This document shows, in pieces, positions 1-12,526 of a stretch of DNA of 64,000 nucleotides (position 1 is its first letter; every line of letters begins with the position of its first letter). The DNA is from Octopus sinensis. Taxonomy: Eukaryota. Location: assembly GCF_006345805.1 (NCBI RefSeq), contig NC_043001.1, positions 34,410,001 to 34,474,000 of the forward strand, in the 5' to 3' direction. The translations under genes and the position numbers were made by a program. The notes beneath the pieces were generated by a model. It had not been told where the DNA came from and did not search any database. It saw only the letters and a program-made list of their open reading frames with translations.

Positions 1-157
1 CTATTAATGTTGTTGGATTCTTTTCACCATTTCTTTCCTTATCTGATACGTCCAGATGTATATCATTCATATTCGTTCTCTATCTCTTCTATATTGTCTC
101 TTGACGATAGAGTGGAAGGATACTGCTGGTTAGGGTGGGCAAATGTCCCCTGGAGAT

Positions 158-385
158 GGATGGTGCGTGGCTTAGTGGTGAGAGTGTTGGATTCATGATC
201 ATAGGATTGTGGTTTCAATTCCTGGATGGGCCGACGCGTTGTGTTCTTGAGCAAAACGCTTCAGTTCACATTTCTCCAGTCCGCTCAGCTGACAAAAATG
301 AGTAATCCTGCGATGGACCGGCGTCCCGTCCAGGTTGGGAATTTATACGCCATGGAAACTAGGAAACCGGCCCTTATGAGTTGGC
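158..385 (+). mobile_element. tRNA-derived SINE (working family S3), degenerate
   Basis: A-box-like TGGCTTAGTGG, B-box-like GGTTTCAATTCC, and central ctgcgatggaccggcgtcccgtccagg shared with the copy at 1188-1491. Confidence 0.7.
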
Positions 386-1187
386 ATTGATTGGAGAAAG
401 TAACGTTTCTTTTAAATGTCTCCTGGCCATTCTGGTCAGCTGTTGGAATCGACGAAGGGGTGATTTCTTTCTTCGTTTCCAGAACTGCATCAGTTGGTAA
501 ACCTGGGAGCCGTAGTCTCAATGGCCTGTTCTTGCTACTACCACCTTTGCTATTTTCCCCCTTTCGGCTTCTTTAGATCCTCTAAGCATAACGCCTTTAA
601 ATTGTAATTACTATCATATGATAGCGGTCATGCTTTCTGTCCTACATTACCAGGCTTAACGCATTTCTCCCCGCTCCTACTATGGGTGCAATATTGTGGT
701 CTTCGGGATCATAAGGGTTAGGGTCTTGTATATCAACCAAAGCGCCAACCAACCACACATCTCACCAAAGGTATCATCAGTATTGAACACTTATACATAA
801 TATGTTAAGAAATTTATCATAAACTAAGAGTCGAGGTCGACTCTGATGTCTTTAATGACGATCCTAGTATTTTCTCGTTCCGTGCATTGTGAGATTAACT
901 ATGGGCAAGGTTGTTTTGCACTAAATCGGCTTCTTTGTGTCATCTGCAGCTATAAAAATTATGCATATAGTTTCATATGATCTTCCCGGTTTACTAAGCG
1001 GGTCCCTGAACAAACTGACCTCTTTTGTCTTCTTTCTTGAGCTTTTGTGATAATTTCAGGAAAAAACGTACTTGTTATTGTTACGTGGTTCTGCCACAGA
1101 ATTTTTCTTTCCACTACGCCTCACATTTCTCTAGTGCAAGTCGCATTTGTGTGGTTTTCGAATTCACTTTTCTTATATGGAAATTAT

Positions 1188-1491
1188 GTGGAGGCACATG
1201 ACCTAGTGGTTAGAGCAGCGGACTCGCAGTCGTGGGATCGCGGGTTCGAATTTCAGACCGGGCGATGTGTGTGTTTATGAGCGAAACACCTAAGCTCCAC
1301 GCGGTTCCGGCAGAAGGTGATGGAGAACTTCTGCTGACTCTTTCGCTACAACTTTCTCTCACTCTTTCCTCTTGCATCTTGCAGCTCACCTGCGACGGAC
1401 CGACGTCCCGTCTAGGTGGGGAACCTATACGCCAAGGAAACTGGGAAACCGGCCATTATGAACCAGGCATGGCTCGAGAAGGAAAAAACAA
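1188..1491 (+). mobile_element. tRNA-derived SINE (S3); central domain resembles the Meta/V-type conserved SINE domain
   Basis: Head gacctagtggttagagcagcggactc...gggttcgaattt; flanked by a 14-bp TSD with one mismatch (tatatggaaattat 1174-1187 / tatatggaaatcat 1492-1505). Domain name is from recall. Confidence 0.8.
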
Positions 1492-2597
1492 TATATGGAA
1501 ATCATAGTTATTTCAGTTTTAGTAAAACTTGAGCAAGTTAATGTTGCTGCTTGCATTTTCACTGCGCACGTTTAAGTTAATAGTATGACAATTTTTATTT
1601 TGTAAATTCACCATCTTTCTGTCTGTTCGATGTCATATTTAGTTTCTCTATTTTTAATTTGTGATTGGATATTTTAACAAACTTTTAGCTTGCGGCGTTT
1701 ATTTGTTTAAGCTGTTGTTATCATAATATTGGTAAACACCTCACCCCAATCCACTCATACAATAATTCATGCTGAAATATGAGGAAGCAAAATGTTAGAA
1801 ATAAAAAACAAAAAAGTTCCATTTTCGAAGACAGCTTTGTTTCCAACCTGAGGTAAAATTGGATGGACACTGAAGCTGTTTCGAAGTCTTTGGTAACATA
1901 TCTAAAATCTATCGGTAAAAATTATAAAGAATTAATTTCATGAAATCCAATAAGTCGAATTTCCCTACAGAACTAGTATGAACACTCCCATTCAATTCAA
2001 AATATCAGCACAAAACAAGAATAACAACAACAATAAAAAGAGCAGCAGCAACAACTACAACAGCAACAAAAACTAAAACAGCAACAATGCTAATGCAAGT
2101 ACCTCTAATAATAATGCGCAATTTTGGGAACCGAAATGGAATTTCACAAGAAGGGCGAAGTGTGGTTATTATGGGACTTCTCAATAAAGCAAGCAGGAAA
2201 ACAGGAGGAATTCCAACCACGTTTTGTGGTTCGCTACTTCAACAGCCCCTTTATAGAATCCAGACATCATCAGGAGGTACCACGTCCGGTTTCGGCCCTT
2301 ACTCCTCTACCATTTCCGACGTGGCGCGCCCCCAGCTTCAGCTCTGGTGTTGAGCGCGTTTTTTCTTTCTCCCTTTTCTCTTTTGTTCTTTGGTTTCTTC
2401 GATGCAGCATCAACGATTGTCAGCGGGCGAATGACCACCCTGTCAAATTTTATTTTAAATACTCGCCGGTAGGCTCCTGCAGTCAGCACCAGATAACTGT
2501 CATGTGACACTGTCTAAGCTTCAACTGACCAATGGAGGGGAAGGGCGCGTAGTTTTGGACCGCGCCCTATCTAAACCTGCCTTCCAACAGTGTCACG

Positions 2598-3650
2598 CTA
2601 GTTTCAGTTTCAGTTTCAGCAGCCAGAGTCGATCAATTGTTTGGTGGTACAACCCTTCGAACCAGGAATAGGGCGTGCTATGCATGAGATCGCTTCCTTG
2701 GCCTACCTGTCAATCAGCGATGCTGCTTAAGTGTCAGCTAGCCTCGCCTAGCGATGCTATTTCCCAGTCGGCATGTTTTGGCTTTCAAGCCATTTTGGGT
2801 CTTCTCATTTCAGCTGGCTTTGTCGACTGCCTCCTGTGTTCTCCTTATTACTTTTCTCAGCTCTGGGTTCGAAAATGCAAACCTTTTAAATAAAGTCACC
2901 ATTTTCCTTTCAATAAAGCCTCTAGCCCCCCACTGCTAGGTGGTAATATTAGACAGTCCATCCCTGTTCTCCACACTCTTCGATTAATCTCCCATACCTC
3001 TTCTCCTTCCGTTGCTCTGTATTAGCAATGTTCTAATCCCATGCCACTTTCAGCTCTTGCAAAATTCCAATTTTCCGTTCTGTGTTCCATAGGATTAAGT
3101 CCAGTATTTTTGTTGATTTTATGAGTGGAAATATTAAGAGTCTTTCCAAATCCGCGTCATCTGTCTCGTATACTTTATTTGAAGGCCTGGCCTTATGTCC
3201 TTTTACCTCCTTCTGGAAGTATATCCTTCCCCGCTTTTCCACTTTTGGGTACTCTCCACTATTATATCACTCGATCTTCTTGAGTGCTGCGCTTATAACA
3301 CCGAGGACTTGATTGTGACGCCATGTATATCTGTCTAGTGCCAGCCTGCAGTTTGACAGAACATGTTGCACCTTCGCCTTCTCTCCGCATCTACATTCAT
3401 CATTTGTTTGTATGTTCCACCGGACTAAATTGGCCGCTGAAGGTAAAACGTCGAAGGTAGATTTTATCAGGAAGAGTGTTCTTGCTTGTTCCCAAGTCCA
3501 AAGTTTCTTCCATGAGATTCTGCGACTAACCACATATTCCTCCCCTCTCAAGCACTGTCCCTGTTGACTATATTGCACCAAACATACATTTCACCTTTCT
3601 TCCCCCTATCTCACTTCGTGTACCACTGCCTCTTTCATCTCAGAGCACTA
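2598..3650 (-). mobile_element. 3' fragment of an REL-endonuclease non-LTR retrotransposon (HERO-like), degenerate
   Basis: ORF 3267-3581 has FLIKSTFDVLPSAANLVRW, CRCG...HVLSNC zinc knuckle and RYTWRHNQVL; the next frame has LIFP...DLILW...ILQEL.VAW (REL motif) followed by AVGARGF; ends in a (CTGAAA)3 tail near 2600-2617. Confidence 0.75.
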
Positions 3651-3654
3651 CAAT

Positions 3655-3870
3655 CTGGATAGTGTAGCTGTTGAATGAAAAAATGTGACCTGTAATTGAT
3701 GTAGCGTACCTATTTGATACCGGAATCAAGAAAAAATAAAAAGTAAACCTGGAGTATCATACCGGCTTGAAGTATGAACTTTTCAAACGCTGGAACAAAG
3801 CAGTTAACACGGTCATGATTCTACTGATTATCATTGGAACCTTAGAAGCGAGTAAACCGTGGAAAGCTAG
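3655..3870 (+). mobile_element. Highly degraded 3' (REL) fragment of an R4-like LINE
   Basis: Conceptual translation with stops and frameshifts gives VIDVAYLFD...RW...IIIGTL, parallel to LIDVSIP...RMW...IIVGAL in the 11.6-11.9 kb element. Confidence 0.3.
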
Positions 3871-4772
3871 ATCATAATCTAGAAGTGGGTGGCAGTGTAG
3901 AAAATCTGTTTGTTTGGATCAGTAAGAATATTTCAGAAAGTTCTCGGTGCAAAATTAGGAGAACAGTATAAAAAAATTTCTATTGGTGAGAAAAAAAAGA
4001 ACAAAAAACACAACAACAACCAAAAAGAAAACGTTTCTCATTCTAAACCTGGGGTTGAAGATCTATAGGGAGAATTATTAAAGTGCTTACAATATCAGTA
4101 CAATATGTAGGCAAGACAACATTAACCGATTATAATATTAGTACAAGACCCAACATTTCAAGGGAGAGTATAGTCAATCATATTAAACCCTGTACTTGAT
4201 TGGTATTTTCGCTTTCTAAACTCAAATGTACCAAAAGTAAAGTCAATTTCGATTGAATTTGAACTAAGAAAGTAAAGAACCAGAGAAAACAGCAAGAGGT
4301 ATTCAGTTCGTCAGACGAACACTTCTACCAGTCTTTGACGTGGTTTGAAATCGGAATGTTAAGATGTACAATCCGTCTCTGTATCACCCAAACTCTAATA
4401 CGAAGAAAAGTAAAATCGAATCCGGTGGGATCTGAACTGAAAATTTATAACGACATCAATAATGGTAAGACTAATTATAATAATGATTTATAACATCGTT
4501 AAGGATTTCTAACATTACGCTAATTATAATAAAATGCTAATGTTATTACAATAGCTGCTGCTGTTACAACTGCCATCGTCGTTGATGGAACCAGCTCAAA
4601 ACAAATTCAATTAAAGTCTTATATTACAAAACTAACGAACAGAAATTATTTTTCCAACGCCAGTCATTACGCTTTGCATACACTAATCGTGCACAAGTAT
4701 TGACTTTAAATTTTGTAGTTGACCTTTGTCAACTTACGATTGTTGCTTTGTTTCGTTGCCGTTATATTCAGG

Positions 4773-5146
4773 CATCCATACACACATACACACACATGCA
4801 TACATACATACATACATACATACATACATACATACATACATACATACATACATACATGCATACATACATACATACATGCATGCATACATACATGGATGCA
4901 TACGCATATGCATGCATATATGAACTTTAAAAAATTCTTTTTGGATTTTTCCACATCATCTCGATACACACTGACACATACACACACACACACACGAACA
5001 CACACGAACACCCATACACACACATGCATATATGTATAATTCTACTTTACTAATCTATATTTACATTTTCTCTTTATTTATATATATGTGAGTGAGTGTG
5101 TATATTTATATTGGTGTATTATATATATGTATGTATGTATATATAT

Positions 5147-5183
<37 letters not shown>

Positions 5184-5273
5184 GCATATATATATGTATA
5201 TACATATGTATATATATATGTATAAATATATATGTATAAATATATATATATATACATACATATATACATACAT

Positions 5274-5363
<90 letters not shown>

Positions 5364-5400
5364 TATATATATATATGTATATTCATACTCATGCATACAT
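4773..5400. repeat. Composite (CATA)n/(CA)n/(AT)n microsatellites
   Basis: Direct reading; accounts for the HTYI and YIYI ORFs. Confidence 0.95.
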
Positions 5401-5739
5401 ATTTAAACAGTATAGTATTTCGTATCGGTTTCATTTCGAGTTGCTTGGAAACACAAATAAAGTGTAAAGAAAACAACAACACAAAACAAAAAAAGCAACA
5501 CAAAACAAGAGAAGTAGAAACTGTGTAATTACGATGTCTTCAGTTGGTTGCTTCCCATATTTTCATCTTCCAACCCTCAGCACTATCCCCTTATCTTGCA
5601 CTAGTATTGAACGAGTAGTATAATCTCCTTGCGTTCTGTTTAGAAAACGGTGTCTGGTGGGATGCAAGCTTAAGGGAAATCGAGGATTCAATATCAATGC
5701 TTACTGTTTCCGTGTGTACAATCGATTCTTTCTTGCTTT

Positions 5740-5942
5740 TTTTTTTTGTTTTTTGAAATTTTGTTAATTTCTTACCATGATGCTGGTGACGAAGATAACA
5801 ATGATAGAGACGCTGATAGCGAGGATGAAATGATGAGGTGATAACAACGACGATGCTGATGTTCATCATGATGATAACTATTATTGATAATAAAGAAAAT
5901 TATAGTAACAGTAATAATAAAGATAATATTGAAAACATAATA

Positions 5943-5973
<31 letters not shown>

Positions 5974-6049
5974 CAACAACAACAATAATAATAATAATAA
6001 TAACAACAATAATAACAATAATAATCATCATCATCATAATAATAACCAC

Positions 6050-6084
<35 letters not shown>

Positions 6085-6160
6085 TAATAATAATAACAAT
6101 AATAATAACAATAACATAATGATGATAATGATAATAATAATAATAATAATAATGATAATT

Positions 6161-6191
<31 letters not shown>

Positions 6192-6253
6192 GAACAATAA
6201 TAATAATAATCTTCATAATAATAACAATAATGATGATGATAATAATAATAATA

Positions 6254-6295
<42 letters not shown>

Positions 6296-6323
6296 TAATT
6301 ATAATAATAATAATAACAATAAT

Positions 6324-6377
<54 letters not shown>

Positions 6378-6665
6378 TATTATTATTGACCTTTGTCTGA
6401 GTCAGATGTGACGTAGGAAAGAGTGCAAATTTAAGAAAAAATTATTTTTCTTTATGCGTTTTTTTTTTTTGTTTTTTGAAATTTTGTTAATTTCTTACCA
6501 TGATGCTGGTGACGAAGATAACAATGATAGAGACGCTGATAGCGAGGATGAAATGATGAGGTGATAACAACGACGATGCTGATGTTCATCATGATGATAA
6601 CTATTATTGATAATAAAGAAAATTATAGTAACAGTAATAATAAAGATAATATTGAAAACATAATA

Positions 6666-6696
<31 letters not shown>

Positions 6697-6775
6697 CAAC
6701 AACAACAATAATAATAATAATGATAATAACAACAATAATAACAATAATAATCATCATCATCATAATAATAACCAC

Positions 6776-6810
<35 letters not shown>

Positions 6811-6857
6811 TAATAATAATAACAATAATAATAACAATAACAATAATGATGATAATG

Positions 6858-6888
<31 letters not shown>

Positions 6889-6889
6889 T

Positions 6890-6920
<31 letters not shown>

Positions 6921-7112
6921 GAACAATAATAATAATAATCTTCATAATAATAACAATAATGATGATAATAATAATAATAATAATAATTAATAATAATAAT
7001 AATAATAATATATAATAATAATAACAATAATAATATAACAATAATAATAATAACAACAATAATAACAATAATGATGATAATGATAATAATAATAATAATA
7101 ATAATGATAATT

Positions 7113-7143
<31 letters not shown>

Positions 7144-7199
7144 GAACAATAATAATAATAATCTTCATAATAATAACAATAATGATGATGATAATAATA

Positions 7200-7254
<55 letters not shown>

Positions 7255-7299
7255 TATTATTATTATTATTATTATTATCAGCAGCATCATCATCGTCGT

Positions 7300-7332
<33 letters not shown>

Positions 7333-7420
7333 TATTATTATTGACCTTTGTCTGAGTCAGATGTGACGTAGGAAAGAGTGCAAATTTAAGAAAAAATTAT
7401 TTTTCTTTATGCGTTTTTTT
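5740..7420 (+). repeat. Tandem duplication of a ~723-bp unit containing a compound (AAT)n/(CAT)n tract; second copy longer
   Basis: Identical unique segments recur (ORF starts 5838 and 6561, offset 723; tgacctttgtctgagtcagatgtgacgtagg at ~6387 and ~7341); junction lies in a poly-T run. Confidence 0.9.
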
Positions 7421-7644
7421 TTTTGTTTTGCACTTCCGTTGGTTTCATGTTTGTTATTTTATATTGTTTCGTTGCATTTGTTAATGTATTTAGTAACTGG
7501 AGAGAAATGATTTCTATAGTATTCCCTTACTGGGGAAGATATTTGAACTTTATTTGTCGTTTGTTAGTAAGACAAATAGCATTAAGTTTTGTTAGAACTA
7601 GAAGAGTTGGTTAGTAGAAGTAGCGACAGCGGTAGTGGTAGTGG

Positions 7645-7697
<53 letters not shown>

Positions 7698-7720
7698 TAA
7701 TAATAATAATAATGATAATA

Positions 7721-8097
7721 AATGTTTTCTAATTGATGTATCAATACCAGCGGATGACAACGTTCTCTAAAAGAGATGGAGAAACTTTCAAAATACGAAG
7801 ACCTGGAAATAGAGGTAACCAGAATGTGGAATCTAAAAACAGAAGCAATTCCTATCATAATAGGTGCATTAGGCATGATAAAAAGATATTCAGACAAATA
7901 CATAACAAAAACACCAGGACTTACAAACACATATAACATACAGAAAATTGCACTACTAGGCACTGCACACATCCTACGCAGAACGCTTTCCATACAATAA
8001 CCATCAGAGCATCACAACAAATCACAGCGCATACCCAAGGCACACAGAGCTGCGCTCGGTAGTGAAGTGAAAGCACGATATAAAAAATTTACTACTG
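7721..8097 (+). mobile_element. Short 5'-truncated R4/Dong-like copy (REL C-terminus plus 3' UTR) in (TAA)n
   Basis: Near-identical to 11617-11994; encodes MEKLSKYEDLEIEVTRMW...IIGALG; (AAT)n on both sides. Confidence 0.9.
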
Positions 8098-8142
8098 AAT
8101 TATAATAATAATAATAATAATAAAAATAATAATAATAATAAT

Positions 8143-8688
8143 GCAGTACCAGGCAGTGGCTCTCATGGCTTCTGATCTTAACTGATTGCAAGTGTTATCA
8201 TGTACATTGTTTTGTCTTGGTATAAAAGATGGGCTACAGCAAATATTCTGCTCAGTACCACAGATTTGCTTGTCAGTTGTTTGACTTTAACCAGTTGAGC
8301 ATGTCCCTTAGTGGCTGACGATATGTGCATCTCTGATCACGAGCAGAAGTAGTGGGGGAGCATCATAGCCATGTGTTGAGAAGGATTCTTTGGGGTTTGA
8401 ATAATTCACCTCTGGAAACATGGGTGATTCTTTCAACATCCTTAACCAACCCTTATTCAGGGACCTTTTGAGCGGGATGGGCTACTCAACCTGAAGAAAA
8501 TTCTAACTGGGCCCCACCTGCAAGGTCATGTGCTGTTTATCTTGATATGATATCACCATGTCGCGCACATATGATTGTGATGCATGTGCCTGGTGTACCC
8601 TTATCAGACGGGTAGTCATGATGGGTATATTGTGCTTCGTATATTTTACCCCAGTGTCACTTTGATGGCATGAACTGCTCTCTCACTC
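8143..8688 (+). mobile_element. ~550-bp non-coding interspersed element in (TAA)n (unclassified, probably non-autonomous retroelement)
   Basis: Near-identical reverse-complement copy at 33724-34276 and internal fragment at 39067-39182; (AAT)n on both flanks. Confidence 0.85.
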
Positions 8689-8709
8689 AATAATAATAAT
8701 ATTAATAAT

Positions 8710-8757
<48 letters not shown>

Positions 8758-8904
8758 TATTATTATTATTATTATTAGTAGTAGTAGTAATTACTGCTAT
8801 AGGAGAATATAATGTTCTCCACGTGAAGGGAACTGGTGGCATTATGTGTGAAAATTACTAACAGAAACACAGTCAGGGATGAAATAATAATAATAATAAT
8901 AATA

Positions 8905-9090
8905 ATATCTCTTTCTACTAAAGGCACAAGGCCAGAAATGTGGTGGAAGGGGTTAAGTCGATTACATCAACCACAGCTGGTACTTAATTTATCGACCCCG
9001 AAAGGATGAAAGGCAAAGTCCACCTCGGCAGAATTTGAACTCAGATAGTAAAGACAGGCGAAATGCTTCTAACGATTCTGCCGCCTTTAT
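8905..9090 (-). mobile_element. tRNA-derived SINE (S2, Deu/Nin-like central domain), partial
   Basis: Shares gtcgattacatc...ctggtacttaatttatcgaccccgaaaggatgaaaggcaaagtc with 14559-14823 and 60225-60430. Confidence 0.75.
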
Positions 9091-9101
9091 AATAATCATA
9101 A

Positions 9102-9150
<49 letters not shown>

Positions 9151-9179
9151 TAATAATAATAATAATGATGATGATAATG

Positions 9180-9237
<58 letters not shown>

Positions 9238-11991
9238 GCAACGCTACTAAGCAACAAAAAGAGAACAAAAATGCTCCGCAAATATAACATCACAGAAAAA
9301 GATTTGCCGGAGATAAAAGAAAAGCTGAAGCAAGATATCCTTGCCAAAGCTCAAAGGATCCGCCGGTACGAGAAACGCCAACGCTTCTTTGAACAGAACA
9401 AAAAGTTCAACTCCGACCCCAAAAAGTTCTACCAAGAACTGGGCAAAAATAAAATAGTAGTCACTGCAGCACCAACGGCAGAAGAATTGGAAGAATTCTG
9501 GAGAGAAATATGGTCGGCGAACGAACAGCCAAAAAAAAGGAGTATGAAAATAACAAACTCGGCATCTGAACAACTTTGGACCCCCATAACAACTGAAGAG
9601 GTCACCCAGGCACTGCAAAAACTGAGCAACTGGAAGGCACCTGGGCATGACAAGATCCCCAACTTCTGGTTGAAATATCTAACAGGAATGCACAAAAAGC
9701 TGGCTGAAAACTTTAACAGCATACTAGCAAAGCCAGAGACAATGCCTGAATGGCTCACGAAGGGGAAAACCATCTTAATTCCCAAATCAAATGAAACAAC
9801 AAAACCAGAAAACTACAGACCAATAACCTGCCTCCCTACTATGTTCAAGGCATTTACTGCAGTGATATCGCAAAGGCTGAACAAGCACCTGGACGAAAAC
9901 AAACTGTTCCCAGAAGAGCAGAAAGGATGCCGCAAGGGCTCATATGGCTGTAAAGATCAACTAATGATTAATAAAGCCGTAACTGAAGACAGCCACAGAA
10001 AGAAGAAAGGCCTCAGTATGGCCTGGATTGACTACAAAAAGGCGTTTGATAGCATCCCCCACACATGGATCCTCGAAAAAATAGCCATTAACAAAGTAGC
10101 ACCAACAATCATAAAATTCATAGAGCACTCTATGAATAAATGGCAAACAGTCCTACACCTCCAAACAAAAGAGGGACTCATGAAAACCAAAGACATCCCC
10201 ATTAGAAGAGGAATATTCCAGGGAGACACGCTCTCTCCACTCCTTTTCTGCTTGGCACTGTCACCTCTATCTGATATGCTAAATAGAACTGGATGCGGAT
10301 ATAAATGTTACGGCAAAACGATCAGCCACCTTTTATATATGGATGACCTAAAACTATACGCTGCAAATGACAAACAGCTGGAAACACTATTAAAGACAGT
10401 TCATGGATTTACCAAAGAAATAGATATGAAATTTGGATTAGAAAAATGCGCCAAAGTAACCATGAAAAGAGGAAAACTAGTTAAGAGTAACAACATCACA
10501 CTAGATAAAACCAATGAAATAAAAGAATTAGACCAAGGCCAAACTTACAAATACTTAGGAATCCATGAACTAGATAAGACACAACACACACAAATGAAAG
10601 AGAAAATAAAAAAAGAATATTATAGACGAGTTAGATCAATACTAAAAACAGAGCTCAATGCTAAAAACAAGATAATAGGTATCAACACTTTAGCTGTCCC
10701 AGTTATAAGTTACAGCTACAATATCCTTAACTGGACACGAAATGAACTGTCCAAAATAGATAGGAAAACAAGAAAAATACTGACAGGATCTAGGATGCAT
10801 CACCCAAAATCTGACATAGAAAGACTATATATACAACGTATAGAAGGTGGTAGAGGCTTTATACAGCTGGAAAACTACTATAAAATAACCACCATAGGAC
10901 TGCAAAAATACCTACTTCAGAAGGAAGGAAAACTGATCCAGATAGCAGCAAAACACGAGCAAAACAAAAAACTGTTCTCAGTATTTAAGGAAGCTGACAA
11001 ATACAAACAAGAAATCATACCACCTAATAAACACAAAGAGGAAGAAGAAGATGATGAAGAAACAACAAAAGCTATAAAACAAATGAAATCCAAACTAAAA
11101 ATAGAACAGCAACGAGCCATGATAAAACGATGGCAAGAAAAGCCCCTTCATGGTAAATACTGCACTAAACTAAACGCAAAAGAAATAGACAAAGAAAAAT
11201 CCCAGCAATGGTTGAGAAGCTCAGGACTCAAAGCAGAAACAGAGGGATTTTTAATTGCAGCACAAGACCAAAGCCTCCCCACCAGAAATTACCAAAAACA
11301 TGTAATGAAAAGAAATATTACAAGTAACTGCAGAATATGTGGAGATGGACAAGAAACAATAAATCATATTATCTCTAGCTGCCCAGTCCTGGCTAAGAAG
11401 GAATATATTCACAGACATGACAGAGTTGGAACCTACATACATTGGAAGCTATGCCAACATTATGGAATAACAACAGAAAAAAGATGGTATAGGCACACAC
11501 CAGAAAAGGTCACAGAAAACGAGAAAGCAACCATACTCTGGGATATGCCGATACACACAGATAGAGAAATTAAGGCCAACAGACCAGATATAGTTGTCAG
11601 AGATCATGAAAAAAAAAATGCTTTCTAATTGATGTATCAATACCGGCAGATGACAACGTGTCTCTAAAAGAAATGGAGAAACTCTCAAAATACAAAGACC
11701 TGGAAATAGAGATAACTAGAATGTGGAACCTGAAAACAGAAACAATTCCTATCATAGTAGGTGCATTAGGCATGATAAAAAAATATTCAGACAAATACAT
11801 AACAAAAACACCAGGACTTACAAACACATATAACATACAGAAAATTGCACTACTAGGCACTGCACACATCCTACGCAGAACACTTTCCATACAATAACCA
11901 TCAGAGCATCACAACAAATCACAGCACATACCCAAGGCACACAGAGCTGCGCTCGGTAGTGAAGTGAAAGCACGCTATAAAAATAAAACTA

Positions 11992-11994
<3 letters not shown>
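9238..11994 (+). mobile_element. R4/Dong-clade non-LTR retrotransposon, 5'-truncated, inserted in (TAA)n
   Basis: RT plus CCHC plus REL ORF, ~100-nt 3' UTR, (AAT)n tracts at 9088-9237 and 11995-12073. Confidence 0.92.
9271..11897 (+). CDS. Reverse transcriptase plus restriction-like endonuclease (retrotransposon ORF), one frameshift in the A10 run at 11609-11618
   Basis: 785-aa ORF with YRPITCLPT, WIDYKKAFDS, QGDTLSP, YMDDLKLY, YKYLG, CRIC...HIISSC and RPDIVV; LIDVSIP...EKLSKY continues in another frame to the stop at 11897. Confidence 0.9.
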
Positions 11995-12074
<80 letters not shown>

Positions 12075-12526
12075 GTGAAATGAAACAAGTGCAGGTGGTT
12101 ATTATTGATGTCATGACTCTCCAGAGATAAAAAAATCGTTTTACCACAGGATTTCGCATGAAGAATCTTGCAAAACAAATCCAAAACTGAAATTGCATGG
12201 TCGCTTTTGGAATATTCTTGATCATAGGTTTATTTAGTCAAAGTTGACCTTGGGTTAAAAGACAATACTAAATTCAGGAAAAAAAAAACAGTAATAGCAT
12301 AATACATCGGTCACCACCACCAAGAGTGTTAGTAAAAACATAAACAAAATAAATGATAATTTTTGGAAGAGTGACGTACAGAGTCTCTCAGTTTCGAATA
12401 CCGTTGGTATTATGCAAAAGTATCGTAAGTCCAAAACGTTGCCTTTTTAGAAAACGAAAAAAAAAATAGCTTCACCATTCCATAACAAAACCGTTGTAAT
12501 ACAACTTTGACAATTTTTGATACCTT

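Noticed and set aside
2255-2300. Minus-strand GAAAC...GTA...CTGATGA as a permuted hammerhead
   Set aside because: Only 4 nt separate the cleavage triplet and core, so stem I cannot form, and stem II does not pair
8143-8340. HDV-like or hammerhead ribozyme at the 5' end of the 550-bp element
   Set aside because: CTGACGA at ~8314 has no downstream stem II-GAAA, and I could not build the nested double pseudoknot by eye; needs a covariance search
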